From: Christensenellales bacterium
Lineage (GTDB): Bacteria; Bacillota; Clostridia; Christensenellales; CALWSW01
Reading direction: 5' to 3'
DNA length: 64,000 nucleotides
Assembly (NCBI GenBank): GCA_040768925.1
Contig: JAXGLZ010000001.1
Span: 943,677-1,007,676 of the forward strand
The notes under the pieces were generated by a model. The model was given only the letters and a program-made list of their open reading frames with translations. It ran no database searches and was not told the origin of the DNA. Positions 29,091 through 39,150 of this stretch are shown here, piece by piece. Within the stretch, counting starts at the first letter, position 1. Every line of letters begins with the position of its first letter. A program made the position numbers and the translations under genes.

Positions 29091-30846
29091 GGCGAAGAAG
29101 CGGAAGATCGCAAAAGGAACGCTCAAAAAGGTGCTGCAAGCTATCGGCCGCCACCGGCTGCTGATGGCGGTTTCCATCCTTTTTGCCGCGGCAACGGTGG
29201 CGCTCACCCTTTATGTCCCCATCCTGATCGGGGAGGCCGTCGATCTCATCATCGGGCCGGGGAATGTGGATTTTGACGGCGTTCTGCGCATCCTTTTGCA
29301 CATCGGGGCGATCGTTCTGGCGAACGCCGCGCTGCAATGGCTGATGAGCATCCTCAACAACAGGATCACCTTCAGGGTCGTGAAAGACGTGCGGGACGAA
29401 GCCTTCAAAAAGATCGAAATCCTCCCGCTGAAATACATCGATTCCCACGCCCATGGCGAGATCGTCAGCCGGGTGATCGCGGACGCGGACCAGTTCGCCG
29501 AGGGCCTGCTGCTGGGCTTTGCCCATCTTTTTACCGGGGTCGTCACCATTCTGGGCACGCTGGCGTTCATGCTGGCCATCAACTGGCGGATCTCGCTGGT
29601 CGTGGTGGTGATCACGCCCCTTTCCCTTTTTGTGGCGCGGTTCGTCGCAAAAAAGACTTACAGCATGTTCAGGCTCCAGTCCGAAATCAGGGGGGAACAG
29701 ACCGCCTTTATCGACGAGATGATCGGCAGCCAGAAGGCCGTTAAAGCTTTTTCCCACGAGAAGGAGGCCATCCGGCAGTTTGACGAAATCAACGAACGGA
29801 TGGAAACCTGCTCCCGCAGGGCGACGTTTTTTTCCTCGCTCACCAACCCGTCCACAAGGTTCATCAACAGTTTAGTCTACGCCGGGGTGGGGTTTTTCGG
29901 GGCGCTGACCAGCATCTCGACGGGCGGGGCGTTCTCCGTCGGCCAGCTCGCCGTTTTTTTGAGCTACGCGAACCAGTATACCAAGCCTTTTAACGAGATT
30001 TCCGGCGTCATCACCGAGCTGCAGAACGCCCTGGCCTGCGCCGCGCGGATTTTTGAGCTGATCGAAGAGCAGCCCCAGGCCCCCGAGGCCGAAAACGCCG
30101 CGGTGCTGGAGAACATCGCCGGCAACGTGGCCATGGAAGGGGTCGAATTCTCCTACGTTCCGGAAAAGGCGCTGATCAAAAACTTCAACCTTTGTGTTAA
30201 GCCCGGCCAGCGGATCGCCCTCGTCGGCCCGACGGGCTGCGGAAAGACCACCATCATCAATCTGCTGATGCGGTTTTACGACGTGGACGCGGGAAGCATC
30301 CGGGTGGAAGGGAATGACATCCGAAGCGTTACCAGAAAGAGCTTGCGGAGCGGCTACGGCATGGTGCTGCAGGACACCTGGCTGAAAACCGGAACGATCA
30401 AAGAAAACATCGCCATGGGCAGGCCGGACGCGACGGAAGAGGAGATCGTCTCCGCGGCGAAAGCCTCCCACGCCCACGGTTTCATCATGCGCCTGCCCAA
30501 CGGCTACGACACCGTGGTCACAGAAGACGGCGGCAGCCTTTCTTCCGGCCAGAAGCAGCTTTTGTGCATCGCCCGGGTGATGCTCTGCCTGCCGCCCATG
30601 CTGATCCTGGACGAGGCGACCTCCTCGATCGACACCCGGACGGAAATCAAGATCCAGCAGGCCTTCGCCCGGCTGATGAAGGGGCGGACCAGCTTTATCG
30701 TCGCTCACAGGCTGTCCACCATCCGGGAGGCGGACGTGATCCTCGTCATGCGGGAAGGAAACATCGTCGAGCAGGGCAGGCACGAAGAATTGCTGGAGCG
30801 GGGCGGTTTTTACGCAAAGCTGTACAACAGCCAGTTTGCGGTCTGA
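29080..30846 (+). CDS. ABC transporter ATP-binding/permease protein (type I exporter, heterodimer subunit B)
   Basis: Walker A GPTGCGKTT, LSSGQKQL, ILILDEATSS; TTG start with AGGAGGGG RBS; overlaps the upstream gene by 11 nt (translational coupling). Confidence 0.9.
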   Translation: MSDKAKKRKIAKGTLKKVLQAIGRHRLLMAVSILFAAATVALTLYVPILIGEAVDLIIGPGNVDFDGVLRILLHIGAIVLANAALQWLMSILNNRITFRVVKDVRDEAFKKIEILPLKYIDSHAHGEIVSRVIADADQFAEGLLLGFAHLFTGVVTILGTLAFMLAINWRISLVVVVITPLSLFVARFVAKKTYSMFRLQSEIRGEQTAFIDEMIGSQKAVKAFSHEKEAIRQFDEINERMETCSRRATFFSSLTNPSTRFINSLVYAGVGFFGALTSISTGGAFSVGQLAVFLSYANQYTKPFNEISGVITELQNALACAARIFELIEEQPQAPEAENAAVLENIAGNVAMEGVEFSYVPEKALIKNFNLCVKPGQRIALVGPTGCGKTTIINLLMRFYDVDAGSIRVEGNDIRSVTRKSLRSGYGMVLQDTWLKTGTIKENIAMGRPDATEEEIVSAAKASHAHGFIMRLPNGYDTVVTEDGGSLSSGQKQLLCIARVMLCLPPMLILDEATSSIDTRTEIKIQQAFARLMKGRTSFIVAHRLSTIREADVILVMREGNIVEQGRHEELLERGGFYAKLYNSQFAV

Positions 30847-30969
30847 CGGATTTGGCGGATCAAGCGAAGCGGGAGGCTTCCCTTTTTGCGCCGCGCGCCC
30901 CGAAAGCCGGTTCCGCTTGCGGGTGAAGGGCTTGTCTGGCATAATAAAAGCAATGATGGGAAGGGATGA

Positions 30970-31881
30970 ATGCCCGTGTATGCTGACAGGCAGATCGTAA
31001 AACCGGCCGTTTCCCGCTCAAAAACGCGAAGAAAGCTGGGGATGCTTTATCACGGGGCGCTGCGGCGCTTTTTGTGGATCAGGCTGAACCATCTTTTCGC
31101 CAAAGAGAAGGCAAAGCCCCTGACGCACCCGTATTTCAGCCATAAAACGCCGCTTTTGCGAAAACTGAAAGACGTGGAGATGCGGTACCAATACAACAAG
31201 ATCGTCAATCTTCGCATCGCCGCGCAAAAGCTGGATGGCATTGTGCTTCACCCGGGGGAGATCTTCAGCTATTGGAAGCTGATCGGCAAACCGGCGCGGC
31301 GGAGGGGCTTTATCGAAGGCATGGTGCTGCGCGGCGGCCGGGTGGGCCCGGGGGTGGGCGGCGGGCTGTGCCAGCTTTCCAATTTGATCTTCTGGATGAC
31401 CCTGCATACGCCGCTGACGGTGATCGAGCGCCACAGGCACGGGTATGACGTTTTTCCGGATTCGGACCGCACCCAGCCTTTTGGCAGCGGGGCGACCTGC
31501 TTTTATCCCCACGGCGACCTGATGATCCAAAACGGGACGGACGCGGATTTTCAGCTCTTGGTCAAGGTCGGCGATCAGTTCCTGGAAGGGGAATGGCGGT
31601 CGGCCGACTCGCCGAAGCTGAAATACGCGGTTGTGGAAAAGAACCACGAAATGCGCGGGGAGTATTGGGGCGGATACAGCCGCAGAAACGAGCTTTACAG
31701 GCAGATCTTCAGCCTGGACGGCAGTTTGCTGAGCGAGGAATTCATCGTTTCGAATTCGGCCATCATGATGTATTCCCCGTTTCTCGCGGAAGGTTCCCAA
31801 ACCGCCGCCGACGAAGGCGGAAAAATCCCGCGCAAGAACGAAACCTGCGAGCCGCGCGGCGGGGAGGGAGCCGCTTTTTAG
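30970..31881 (+). CDS. VanW family protein
   Basis: Conserved VanW core GGGLCQLSNLIFW ... GYDVFPDS, 303 aa. Confidence 0.85.
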   Translation: MPVYADRQIVKPAVSRSKTRRKLGMLYHGALRRFLWIRLNHLFAKEKAKPLTHPYFSHKTPLLRKLKDVEMRYQYNKIVNLRIAAQKLDGIVLHPGEIFSYWKLIGKPARRRGFIEGMVLRGGRVGPGVGGGLCQLSNLIFWMTLHTPLTVIERHRHGYDVFPDSDRTQPFGSGATCFYPHGDLMIQNGTDADFQLLVKVGDQFLEGEWRSADSPKLKYAVVEKNHEMRGEYWGGYSRRNELYRQIFSLDGSLLSEEFIVSNSAIMMYSPFLAEGSQTAADEGGKIPRKNETCEPRGGEGAAF

Positions 31882-32255
31882 CCCCGCCGCCCGATAACAG
31901 GCAAACCGGCCTTCCGTTTCACCAGATCGGTGAAGGGCAGGGCCGGTTTTTTCATGTTTTTTGCGCCGCAACGATGCGCTGCGGGGCCAAAAGCCGCATA
32001 GGGTATGGGAATATATTGGTGTTCCTTGGTGAAACGATGGAATTTTAGCGGTTCGATGATTATTGAAATTCCCACACATATCATGAATCAGCGGTTTTTT
32101 GCGGATGGAGCCCGGGGGCTTTTGGGCCGAAGGGTTCTGATCGCGCGGCGCAAATCCCAAAAAGTGAAGGGAATTCGTATTCTATCATGAATGCCGATTC
32201 ACTTGAACACCATTTCCAAACAACCGGCGACACAAACAGATTCGAGGTGCTTCAC

Positions 32256-32951
32256 ATGCAAAATTCAAGCGCGGAAAACATCCATAAAACCATAGTGCCG
32301 CCTCTGGCCTTCGTTGCCTGCGGGGACGACGCGCTTCCGACGGTTTTGTTTAAGGCGAAAACGCCGGGCGGGTGCTTTTATTTTCACAGGGACCGGATCA
32401 CCGTCGCAATGGCCGAAACCGCTGTAAAAGACGGGGAAGACCCTGTGCGGCAAGGCGCGGTTTTGCAGCTTTTCTTTCTGGGCGCGCGGGAGGAGGCCGT
32501 TGTAAAAGGCGGGGGGGAAACCGGCGGGAAGCTCAACTATTGGATCGGCAACGACCCGGAAGAATGGCGCGCCGATCTTCCGGTCTACGAAAAGCTGAAA
32601 TACGAGGGGATCTGGGAAGGCGTGGACCTGGAGGTTTTCGGGGACGGATACGGGCTCAAATTCAACTGGATGCTGAACAGGGCAAGTGCCGCCGGCGCGG
32701 TCAGGCTGCACTGGGAGGGGATCGAGGAACTGGCTCTGAGCGAAGAGGGCAGCCTGCTGATCCGCCATCCCCAGGGCGTGATGGCGGACACCGCCCCGAC
32801 CGCCTGGCAGGTTTTTGGCACAAGGGAGAGAAAAGTCGGCTGCGCTTATGCCCTTTTGGGCGGAGGGGACTTCGGATTTTCAATTTTTGGCGAATACGAC
32901 TCCGATTCACCGCTGGTGATCGACCCGGTGATCCCCATTCCGCGTTCATAG
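32256..32951 (+). CDS. conserved hypothetical protein, paralog B of the ORF at 25030-25713 (inverted orientation)
   Basis: Start chosen at the ATG at 32256 (GAGGTG RBS); shared motifs with paralog A. Confidence 0.6.
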   Translation: MQNSSAENIHKTIVPPLAFVACGDDALPTVLFKAKTPGGCFYFHRDRITVAMAETAVKDGEDPVRQGAVLQLFFLGAREEAVVKGGGETGGKLNYWIGNDPEEWRADLPVYEKLKYEGIWEGVDLEVFGDGYGLKFNWMLNRASAAGAVRLHWEGIEELALSEEGSLLIRHPQGVMADTAPTAWQVFGTRERKVGCAYALLGGGDFGFSIFGEYDSDSPLVIDPVIPIPRS

Positions 32952-33654
32952 GCCGCGGCCTTTTCAACGCCTGCCGGAGCGCGGCGGCGGATGCTGCGGG
33001 CCGGGCCCATGCTGCCGGCTGCTCCCATTCCGCGAATACCCCCGCCGCCCCAAACGTTTCGTGCCGATCTTTACAATAACGATAAGCCCCGGAGCAAGCC
33101 AAAGGGTCAACAGGGTGGAAAAAAAGAATAGCACCCCCGGAAAGAGGGACGGTCTTGTGCCGGTTTCCCTTGATCCGCTGGGGTGCAATTGGGATAAATC
33201 GGGTTAAACCCGGAGTTTGATCCAAAAATGAAGGCCGGCGCGGCGGTGTCCGCCGTTTTCTTTCGGGTCCGCGGCTTCTGCCAAAAAGAGGACGCCGCCG
33301 CTTAACGCGCAGCGCAGGGCGTTCATCGTTCCAACGGGGGCGAGGAGGGGACCCTCCATCACCGGCCTGCCCATCACGCCGCCCGTTGGCGCAAATCCGG
33401 GCAGAAGAAACAATGGGCGGGCCGGATTCCTCCCCCGCCGTTTCCGCTTCCGGATGAAAAACGAAGTTCCCATAGCTGCCCCGGCATGCCCGTTATTCCA
33501 CGCTTTTCAGCGCCTTTGCCATATGGATGCGGTTGGGCGCGCGATCGGTGATCCGATTGACGGCGACGGCAAAGCAGAATGTGATTGCCGCCGAAATCAG
33601 ATAGCTGACGGACTCCACATGCACCGCAAAATTGATCGGTTACTTATACGCAGG

Positions 33655-34080
33655 TTATTTTGCGATCAGAATCAGACCAACCGCACACACGCCCATTCCC
33701 AGTATTTGGCGTAAGCTGAGCGCTTCCTTGTAGAAGAAAAATCCAACGATTAGCAAAACACAAGCCAGAGTTATACTGGCGAATAAATTTGCAATGCTTA
33801 TTTTCCATCCGGCACGATAAACACATAGAAATCCAAACTCCAAGCCAACAATTGCGACGCCGTGCGCATAGGCCGTCCAATTCGCTTTGGATAATTCCAG
33901 CAAAAAGCTTTTCTTTTCGCTGGTAACAAAGCACATAATTACTGAACAAATCATAGCTATTAGGTAACTAACAGAAAGCGAAGCAAATGAATTGATCGTT
34001 GCCGGTGTTGATTTTGCGCTGATGTTGTAAATTGTATTTGCAGCAACAACAATCAGAATCGGTCCCAACATATTCCACAT
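33655..34080 (-). CDS. small 4-TM membrane protein, DMT/EamA- or SMR-like
   Basis: 141 aa, hydrophobic; lower-GC patch; a 43-aa membrane-protein-like C-terminal remnant follows at about 33487-33618. Confidence 0.4.
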   Translation of the reverse strand: MWNMLGPILIVVAANTIYNISAKSTPATINSFASLSVSYLIAMICSVIMCFVTSEKKSFLLELSKANWTAYAHGVAIVGLEFGFLCVYRAGWKISIANLFASITLACVLLIVGFFFYKEALSLRQILGMGVCAVGLILIAK

Positions 34081-34408
34081 AGCATAAACCCCTCAAAGAA
34101 AACGAAAAGCCGTATGCAAGTCAGCCTCGCATACGGCAGGTGCTCATCCGATGATATATACAATATCATGTGGTCATTATACATGAAGGACCATAGTTTG
34201 CAACAACAGACTTCTGTTTACCGGTGGGTTTCAGTTTAAACATTAAGTGGGCGTTTTTATGATCAGGCACTTGCTCGTCCCAAGTCTGGCTTCGCCTGTC
34301 GTCTCCATAAAAATGGCGCGGGAAGGCGCACCGAGCGTGCGGACGATTCAATGCCGTCATGGCGCGCGCCGGCAGCAGACCCTTCTGGGTCCCGTTCAGG
34401 CCGCCGGC

Positions 34409-35428
34409 TTAGCCGGTGGTTTTGACGATGCCACCGCGCAGGAAATTCGGCGAGTATTGCGCTGCGAGCAGAATCGCCTCGACCATGCTGACCGCGCTGG
34501 CCTGGCCTGTTCCGGCAATGTCGAGGGCGGTGCCATGATCGACGGAGGTGCGCAGGATCGGCATTCCGCATGTGATGGAGATCGTTTTTTCAAAATCCAG
34601 CGTCTTTGTGGCGATGTGGCCCTGGTCGTGATACAGGCTCAGCACGCTGTTGTATCTGCCCTTCAGGGCCAAATGGAACACGGAATCCGCACCGATAGGG
34701 CCTTCGACGCGATAGCCTTCCTTTTTCAGCTGTTCGACCGCGGGAATCACCTCTTCGGCCTCTTCTCTGCCGAACAGGCCGCGCTCGCCGCTGTGCGGGT
34801 TCAATCCCGCGACGGCCATCGTGCCTTTCCCCACGCCGAGCTGATCGAGCGCCGCCTGGCAGCGCCTGACATAATCGACGATGCGCTCTTTTTTCACCAG
34901 GTCGCACGCCTCGCGCATCGAAACATGGCGGGACAGGAAAAACACCCGCAGGTTCCGCACCTGAAACAGCGTCAGCGGGTCCGGGGTGTTCGTCAGGTCA
35001 CCAAAGATTTCCGTGTGCCCAATGTAGGGAATCCCGCCGGCTTTCAGCGCTTCCTTATTGATCGGCGTCGTCGCGACGGCGGCGACATAGCCGCCGTTGG
35101 CAAGCTCGATCGCCTTTCTGATATACGCAAAAGACGCTTTGCCGCACGCGCCGTCAATCTCCCCGATTTTGAAGGCGCCGCTTTTCAGATCGCCCAGACT
35201 GATCAGGTTCAAAACACCGCTCTTGTAATCGCCCTCTTCGGGGTATTGGATTTCTTTTATGCGAACGTCCGCGCCAACAATGCGGATCGCGTTTTCCATG
35301 ATGCTCTTTTCCCCGACGACGACGCAGTTTGCCGCCTGCAAAACCGCCTCCTCCGCGATGGCTTTTGCGACGATTTCCGGTCCGATGCCCGCCGGATCGC
35401 CTATCGGAATTGCGATGTATGGTTTCAC
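34409..35428 (-). CDS. pdxA2: PdxA family dehydrogenase (PdxA2-type 4-phospho-D-threonate/erythronate dehydrogenase-like)
   Basis: 339 aa, PdxA fold motifs ([14 protein letters not shown]); co-operonic with a DUF1537 kinase. Confidence 0.85.
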   Translation of the reverse strand: MKPYIAIPIGDPAGIGPEIVAKAIAEEAVLQAANCVVVGEKSIMENAIRIVGADVRIKEIQYPEEGDYKSGVLNLISLGDLKSGAFKIGEIDGACGKASFAYIRKAIELANGGYVAAVATTPINKEALKAGGIPYIGHTEIFGDLTNTPDPLTLFQVRNLRVFFLSRHVSMREACDLVKKERIVDYVRRCQAALDQLGVGKGTMAVAGLNPHSGERGLFGREEAEEVIPAVEQLKKEGYRVEGPIGADSVFHLALKGRYNSVLSLYHDQGHIATKTLDFEKTISITCGMPILRTSVDHGTALDIAGTGQASAVSMVEAILLAAQYSPNFLRGGIVKTTG

Positions 35429-36741
35429 ACAAAGTCCTCCTGTGCTTTCTTTTTCAGATAATCCATGCAGGCGCAGAGGGCGTTTTTATCGCCCGCCATG
35501 CCGCCCTTTGTCGCGATTTTCATGCCGCTTTTTTCGCCGCCTGCCAGCTCGCCGTAGGCCGCCAGGGGGATGATCTCGGCGTGCAGGGCGATTCCCGCGG
35601 CCCCCAGGCGCGTTGTCACGGCGACCGTGATGTCGCCCCCGCTGGCGTACAGGCCATGGAAGGCGTCGCCCTTCGTCAGCCGAACCGTGATTTCAGCAAG
35701 GCCGTCATTGATCGTTTGGCAGAGCGCGGCTTTCGACCGGCCGTATTTGGCTTCGAGCGCGTCGAACTGCAGGCGGTTTTCGGGGAAAATCCCGTCCCCC
35801 ACGACCAGAACCATATCATGTTCCCCGCATTTTCGCAAAACGGCGGAAACCACGCGGGCAATCTCGGCTTCCCGCGCGGGATCGTCCAGCAGACTGCGGG
35901 TGTTGACGTATTCGCACAGCGCGGTCCGCGCGCGCAAAAATTCGTCCACCTGCTGCGCGGCGACGGGGTTGACGCTGCCGATTACGCCGAGGACGCGCCC
36001 CGCCGCTTTTTGCTGTTCCTGCTGCTCTGCGGCGATCAGCCTGCTCGCGGCGGCCGCCGTGAAGGGCCCCGGATCGACGGATATAAAGGCGACGCCGCTG
36101 GCGACGGCCGCATCGGCGATCAGGTCGATGTCCTCCTGCGCGGTTCCGTCCACTAGAATGATCCGCACGCCTTCTTGATGCAATGCGCGGATCTTTTCCG
36201 CAACGGCTTCGCTGCCCCGCGTCAGGTCGTCCATGGTCAGCAAAGCGGATCTGCGGCGGGATTGCCGGTCGTAAAGCAGCTTCAGGCTGGAGGTGTGAAC
36301 CGGGGCGGTGGGGTCTATGGCGGCCTCTGTGCGGTGGAGGGGGACCGTGCCGACCAGCAGGAATCCGCCGAGCAGCATCCGCCCAGCTTTGGGGAAGCAC
36401 GGAGCGACGATCGCGGCGGTGTCTTCGCCCAGCGCATCCAGCATGGCGTCGGTTTCGCTGCCCAGATTGCCGCGCAAGGTGCTGTCGATGCGCTTTGCAA
36501 AGAGCTTGATTTTTTCGGACTTCATGGCTTCGGCAATGCGGAAAACGCGCGAATACGCTTCGTCCGCACCCACGGAGCGGCTGTTCGTGGGGAAGACCGC
36601 GCAGGTATATTGTTCGATGTCCTCCCGCCGCAAATCCTGCGCGTTCAGAATCGTGCAGGTGGGATAGCCCATTTTGCGAAGAAGCACGCCTGTGGCGTTG
36701 CCGCCGGTCAGGTCGTCCGCAACCACGACGCATTGCAGCAC
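35425..36741 (-). CDS. four-carbon acid sugar kinase family protein (DUF1537; OtnK/DtnK/DenK-like)
   Basis: [14 protein letters not shown]-terminal motif characteristic of DUF1537; 4-nt overlap with pdxA2. Confidence 0.85.
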   Translation of the reverse strand: MLQCVVVADDLTGGNATGVLLRKMGYPTCTILNAQDLRREDIEQYTCAVFPTNSRSVGADEAYSRVFRIAEAMKSEKIKLFAKRIDSTLRGNLGSETDAMLDALGEDTAAIVAPCFPKAGRMLLGGFLLVGTVPLHRTEAAIDPTAPVHTSSLKLLYDRQSRRRSALLTMDDLTRGSEAVAEKIRALHQEGVRIILVDGTAQEDIDLIADAAVASGVAFISVDPGPFTAAAASRLIAAEQQEQQKAAGRVLGVIGSVNPVAAQQVDEFLRARTALCEYVNTRSLLDDPAREAEIARVVSAVLRKCGEHDMVLVVGDGIFPENRLQFDALEAKYGRSKAALCQTINDGLAEITVRLTKGDAFHGLYASGGDITVAVTTRLGAAGIALHAEIIPLAAYGELAGGEKSGMKIATKGGMAGDKNALCACMDYLKKKAQEDFV

Positions 36742-36745
36742 AAAA

Positions 36746-37504
36746 TCACATCCTTTTTGATACGGGTATTATGTTGATGCCCAGTTGGTCGAGCTTTTCT
36801 TTTTCTTCGGCGGTGAAGTCCTTATCCGTGATCACGCCGTCGTAAGCGCTCAGGCTGTTCACCCGCATCAGCGCCTGGCGGTAAAACTTCGATCGGTCGA
36901 CCACCAGATAGCGGCTGTTGGCGTGCTCGCAGATCGTTCTTTTCATCACGGCCTTTTCCGCCGTCGGGGTGAGTATGTTGAAATTCGCGTCGATCGAATG
37001 CGCGCCGAAAAAAGCCGTGTTCACATACAGGTCCCGCATCATCATATTTACAAAAACACCGATCGTGCTGCCCGTCGCTTTTTGGATCAAGCCCCCGCAG
37101 ATCACCGACTCAACGTCGGTCTGATTCAGAAAGTAGGCGATTTCCAGATCGGTGGTGATTGCCGTAATGTCTTTTTTTGACGGCAGCAGCTTTGCGATCT
37201 CATAGACCGTCGTGCCGGCGTCGAGAAAAACAGTGTCGCCGTCTTGCACGAATTCGATGGCCTTTTGGGCGATCCGCTTTTTTTCATCCGCGTGGGCGCA
37301 CTTTTTTTCCTGATAATTGGTTTCCTTGCGGATCACGGCGCCGCCGTGGCAGCGCTCGATGATGCCCTCCTGATCGAGCTTCGCAAGGTCGCGGCGGATG
37401 GTCATCACGCTGACGTCGAATTCCTTTGCCAGCGTTTCGACGGCGGCGGACCCCGTTTGCTTGATGATTTCCGCAATGCAGGCGTATCTTTCGGATGGAA
37501 GCAT
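36746..37504 (-). CDS. DeoR/GlpR family transcriptional regulator
   Basis: HTH VETLAKEFDVSVMTIRRDLAKL plus sugar-phosphate-binding domain; alternative TTG start at 37510. Confidence 0.85.
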   Translation of the reverse strand: MLPSERYACIAEIIKQTGSAAVETLAKEFDVSVMTIRRDLAKLDQEGIIERCHGGAVIRKETNYQEKKCAHADEKKRIAQKAIEFVQDGDTVFLDAGTTVYEIAKLLPSKKDITAITTDLEIAYFLNQTDVESVICGGLIQKATGSTIGVFVNMMMRDLYVNTAFFGAHSIDANFNILTPTAEKAVMKRTICEHANSRYLVVDRSKFYRQALMRVNSLSAYDGVITDKDFTAEEKEKLDQLGINIIPVSKRM

Positions 37505-37587
37505 GTTCAATCAATCTTTCTTTCTTTATTTTCTCCCCCTCCCGCCCGAAAATGGGGAAAGGGGGAGAAAAAGCGGTCGTTCGTCCA

Positions 37588-38253
37588 TCAGTCCTCGTAA
37601 ATGGTGGCGTAGGCCCTGCACGGCGAGCCGCCAAAGCCCTGCAGCCTGAGGGGAACGGCGGTCAGCTCAAATTCCTTGTATTGCCGGATTTCTTCCGGGA
37701 AGAGGATTTCTTCCAGCAGCCAAACGCCGTTGGGCAGCAACACTTCGTGGCAGGGACGGCCTGTTCCTTCATACCAGCCGCCCATGCTCATGCCGTCGAT
37801 GCCGACGCCCTTGACGCCCTTGTCCAGCAGCCACTTCGCGCCTTCACCGGTCAGATAGGGCCAATCGGCATAATACTCCTTCGAGAATCCACGCTTGCCC
37901 GACCAGCCTGTGTTCAGCAGCACGATGCTGCCCTTTTTGATCTTGCAGGCATAGGGTTCCAGATCTTTCGGACCGATGGCATGGCAGGCTTCAACCCCGA
38001 CGAGATCGACGAGCACGGCAGGGCCGATGAAGGCCTCGATCGGAATCTGGTCGATGGTTTCCATGCCGGCGAAAAAGTGGAAGGGTGCGTCGAGGTGTGT
38101 GCTGGTGTGGGAGTTGCACTTGAGGATTTCCGAGGTGTAACCGTCGATGCCGACGACAGTCTCGTGGTGGACTTCTGTCGCGGCATAGGTCGGCCAGCCC
38201 GGGCAGTTGTGGAAAATCGGCTGCGTAAGATCGATAATCTTCTTGATTTTCAT
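37588..38253 (-). CDS. cyclase family protein (kynurenine formamidase-like, PF04199)
   Basis: HTSTHLDAPFHF motif; start at MKIKK (GGAGG RBS). The ORF-track extension to 38574 is rejected. Confidence 0.85.
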   Translation of the reverse strand: MKIKKIIDLTQPIFHNCPGWPTYAATEVHHETVVGIDGYTSEILKCNSHTSTHLDAPFHFFAGMETIDQIPIEAFIGPAVLVDLVGVEACHAIGPKDLEPYACKIKKGSIVLLNTGWSGKRGFSKEYYADWPYLTGEGAKWLLDKGVKGVGIDGMSMGGWYEGTGRPCHEVLLPNGVWLLEEILFPEEIRQYKEFELTAVPLRLQGFGGSPCRAYATIYED

Positions 38254-39150
38254 GATGACTTCCTCCGTTTTGGTCGGTTTTGTTTGCGTCACAGGGGAAA
38301 CTCGTTTGAAATGTGATCTTTTGTGTTTAGTTTCGTTCCCTTTTGTTTTATTATAAAACTCTGCCGATGGGGAGTCAACCATGTTTTTACAATCCGTATA
38401 GAAATAATTGCGGCATAAACATGCATCGCCGCGTATGTCCGCCCAATATATTCCGCACCCGGCGCAAGCGGGGCGCAGGGCGCGTCGGGTTTGAACGTTC
38501 GCCACCACTTGGACGAGCCCCGCCGAAGCTGCCGTCATGCGGAGGGAGCGGCTTACAAAAATGAATCCGCTCAAAAAAGACCGGTTTCAATAACAAAAGC
38601 CATCCGCCAAAATTGCGGATGGCTTTTGTTCGAATGTTGCCGAAACGATTTTACGCTAATTTGAGTAAAAGGCCAGGGGGGAACTCTGCGTGTCGAATGG
38701 ACACATGACCGGCCAATAAGAGTGTTTCCGTAAAGGGTAAGTTAAGAGGGGGGGTTGACATAGCAAAACCCCGCGGACCTGGATTCCGCGGGGTTTTTCG
38801 TTGCCCATGCGGTATCATTGCGATAAAGGGGGAAACCGCATAGAATCAGGGTTGACAAATCCCACTTTTTTTCCGTTCTGGGTACCCATAAATACCGCGT
38901 TTACCCGGCTCCCCCCGCTTCATCCGGGCATATTCCGGTCATTCTCTTTTGCCCGGTCTTTCTGCAATAACACAATGCATTCATATTTGTGTACAGAAAC
39001 ATGCAGAGCGGCATCTTGGTTTTTTGCGTGGCTGGAAACATGTTTCATTTAAAAGACAAAAGGGACGCGGCCCTCTGATGCTGGTGGCGCGGCCCGGCGC
39101 AAGAAATGCCCGCCGAACGCCGTGCGGACGCCGGCCGGGCAAAGCAGACA

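Noticed and set aside
29872-30942. 356-aa minus-strand ORF
   Set aside because: Antisense to the ABC exporter subunit B
31018-32160. 380-aa minus-strand ORF
   Set aside because: Antisense to vanW
34247-35461. 404-aa plus-strand ORF
   Set aside because: Antisense to pdxA2
35816-36733. 305-aa minus-strand Arg-rich ORF and overlapping plus ORFs (35329-36156, 36175-36777)
   Set aside because: Alternative frames or antisense of the DUF1537 kinase gene; extreme Arg/Gly bias
37588-38574. ORF-track 328-aa extension of the cyclase gene
   Set aside because: N-terminal 107 aa are Cys/Arg-rich with no RBS; the true start is MKIKK at 38253 with GGAGG RBS and its own promoter
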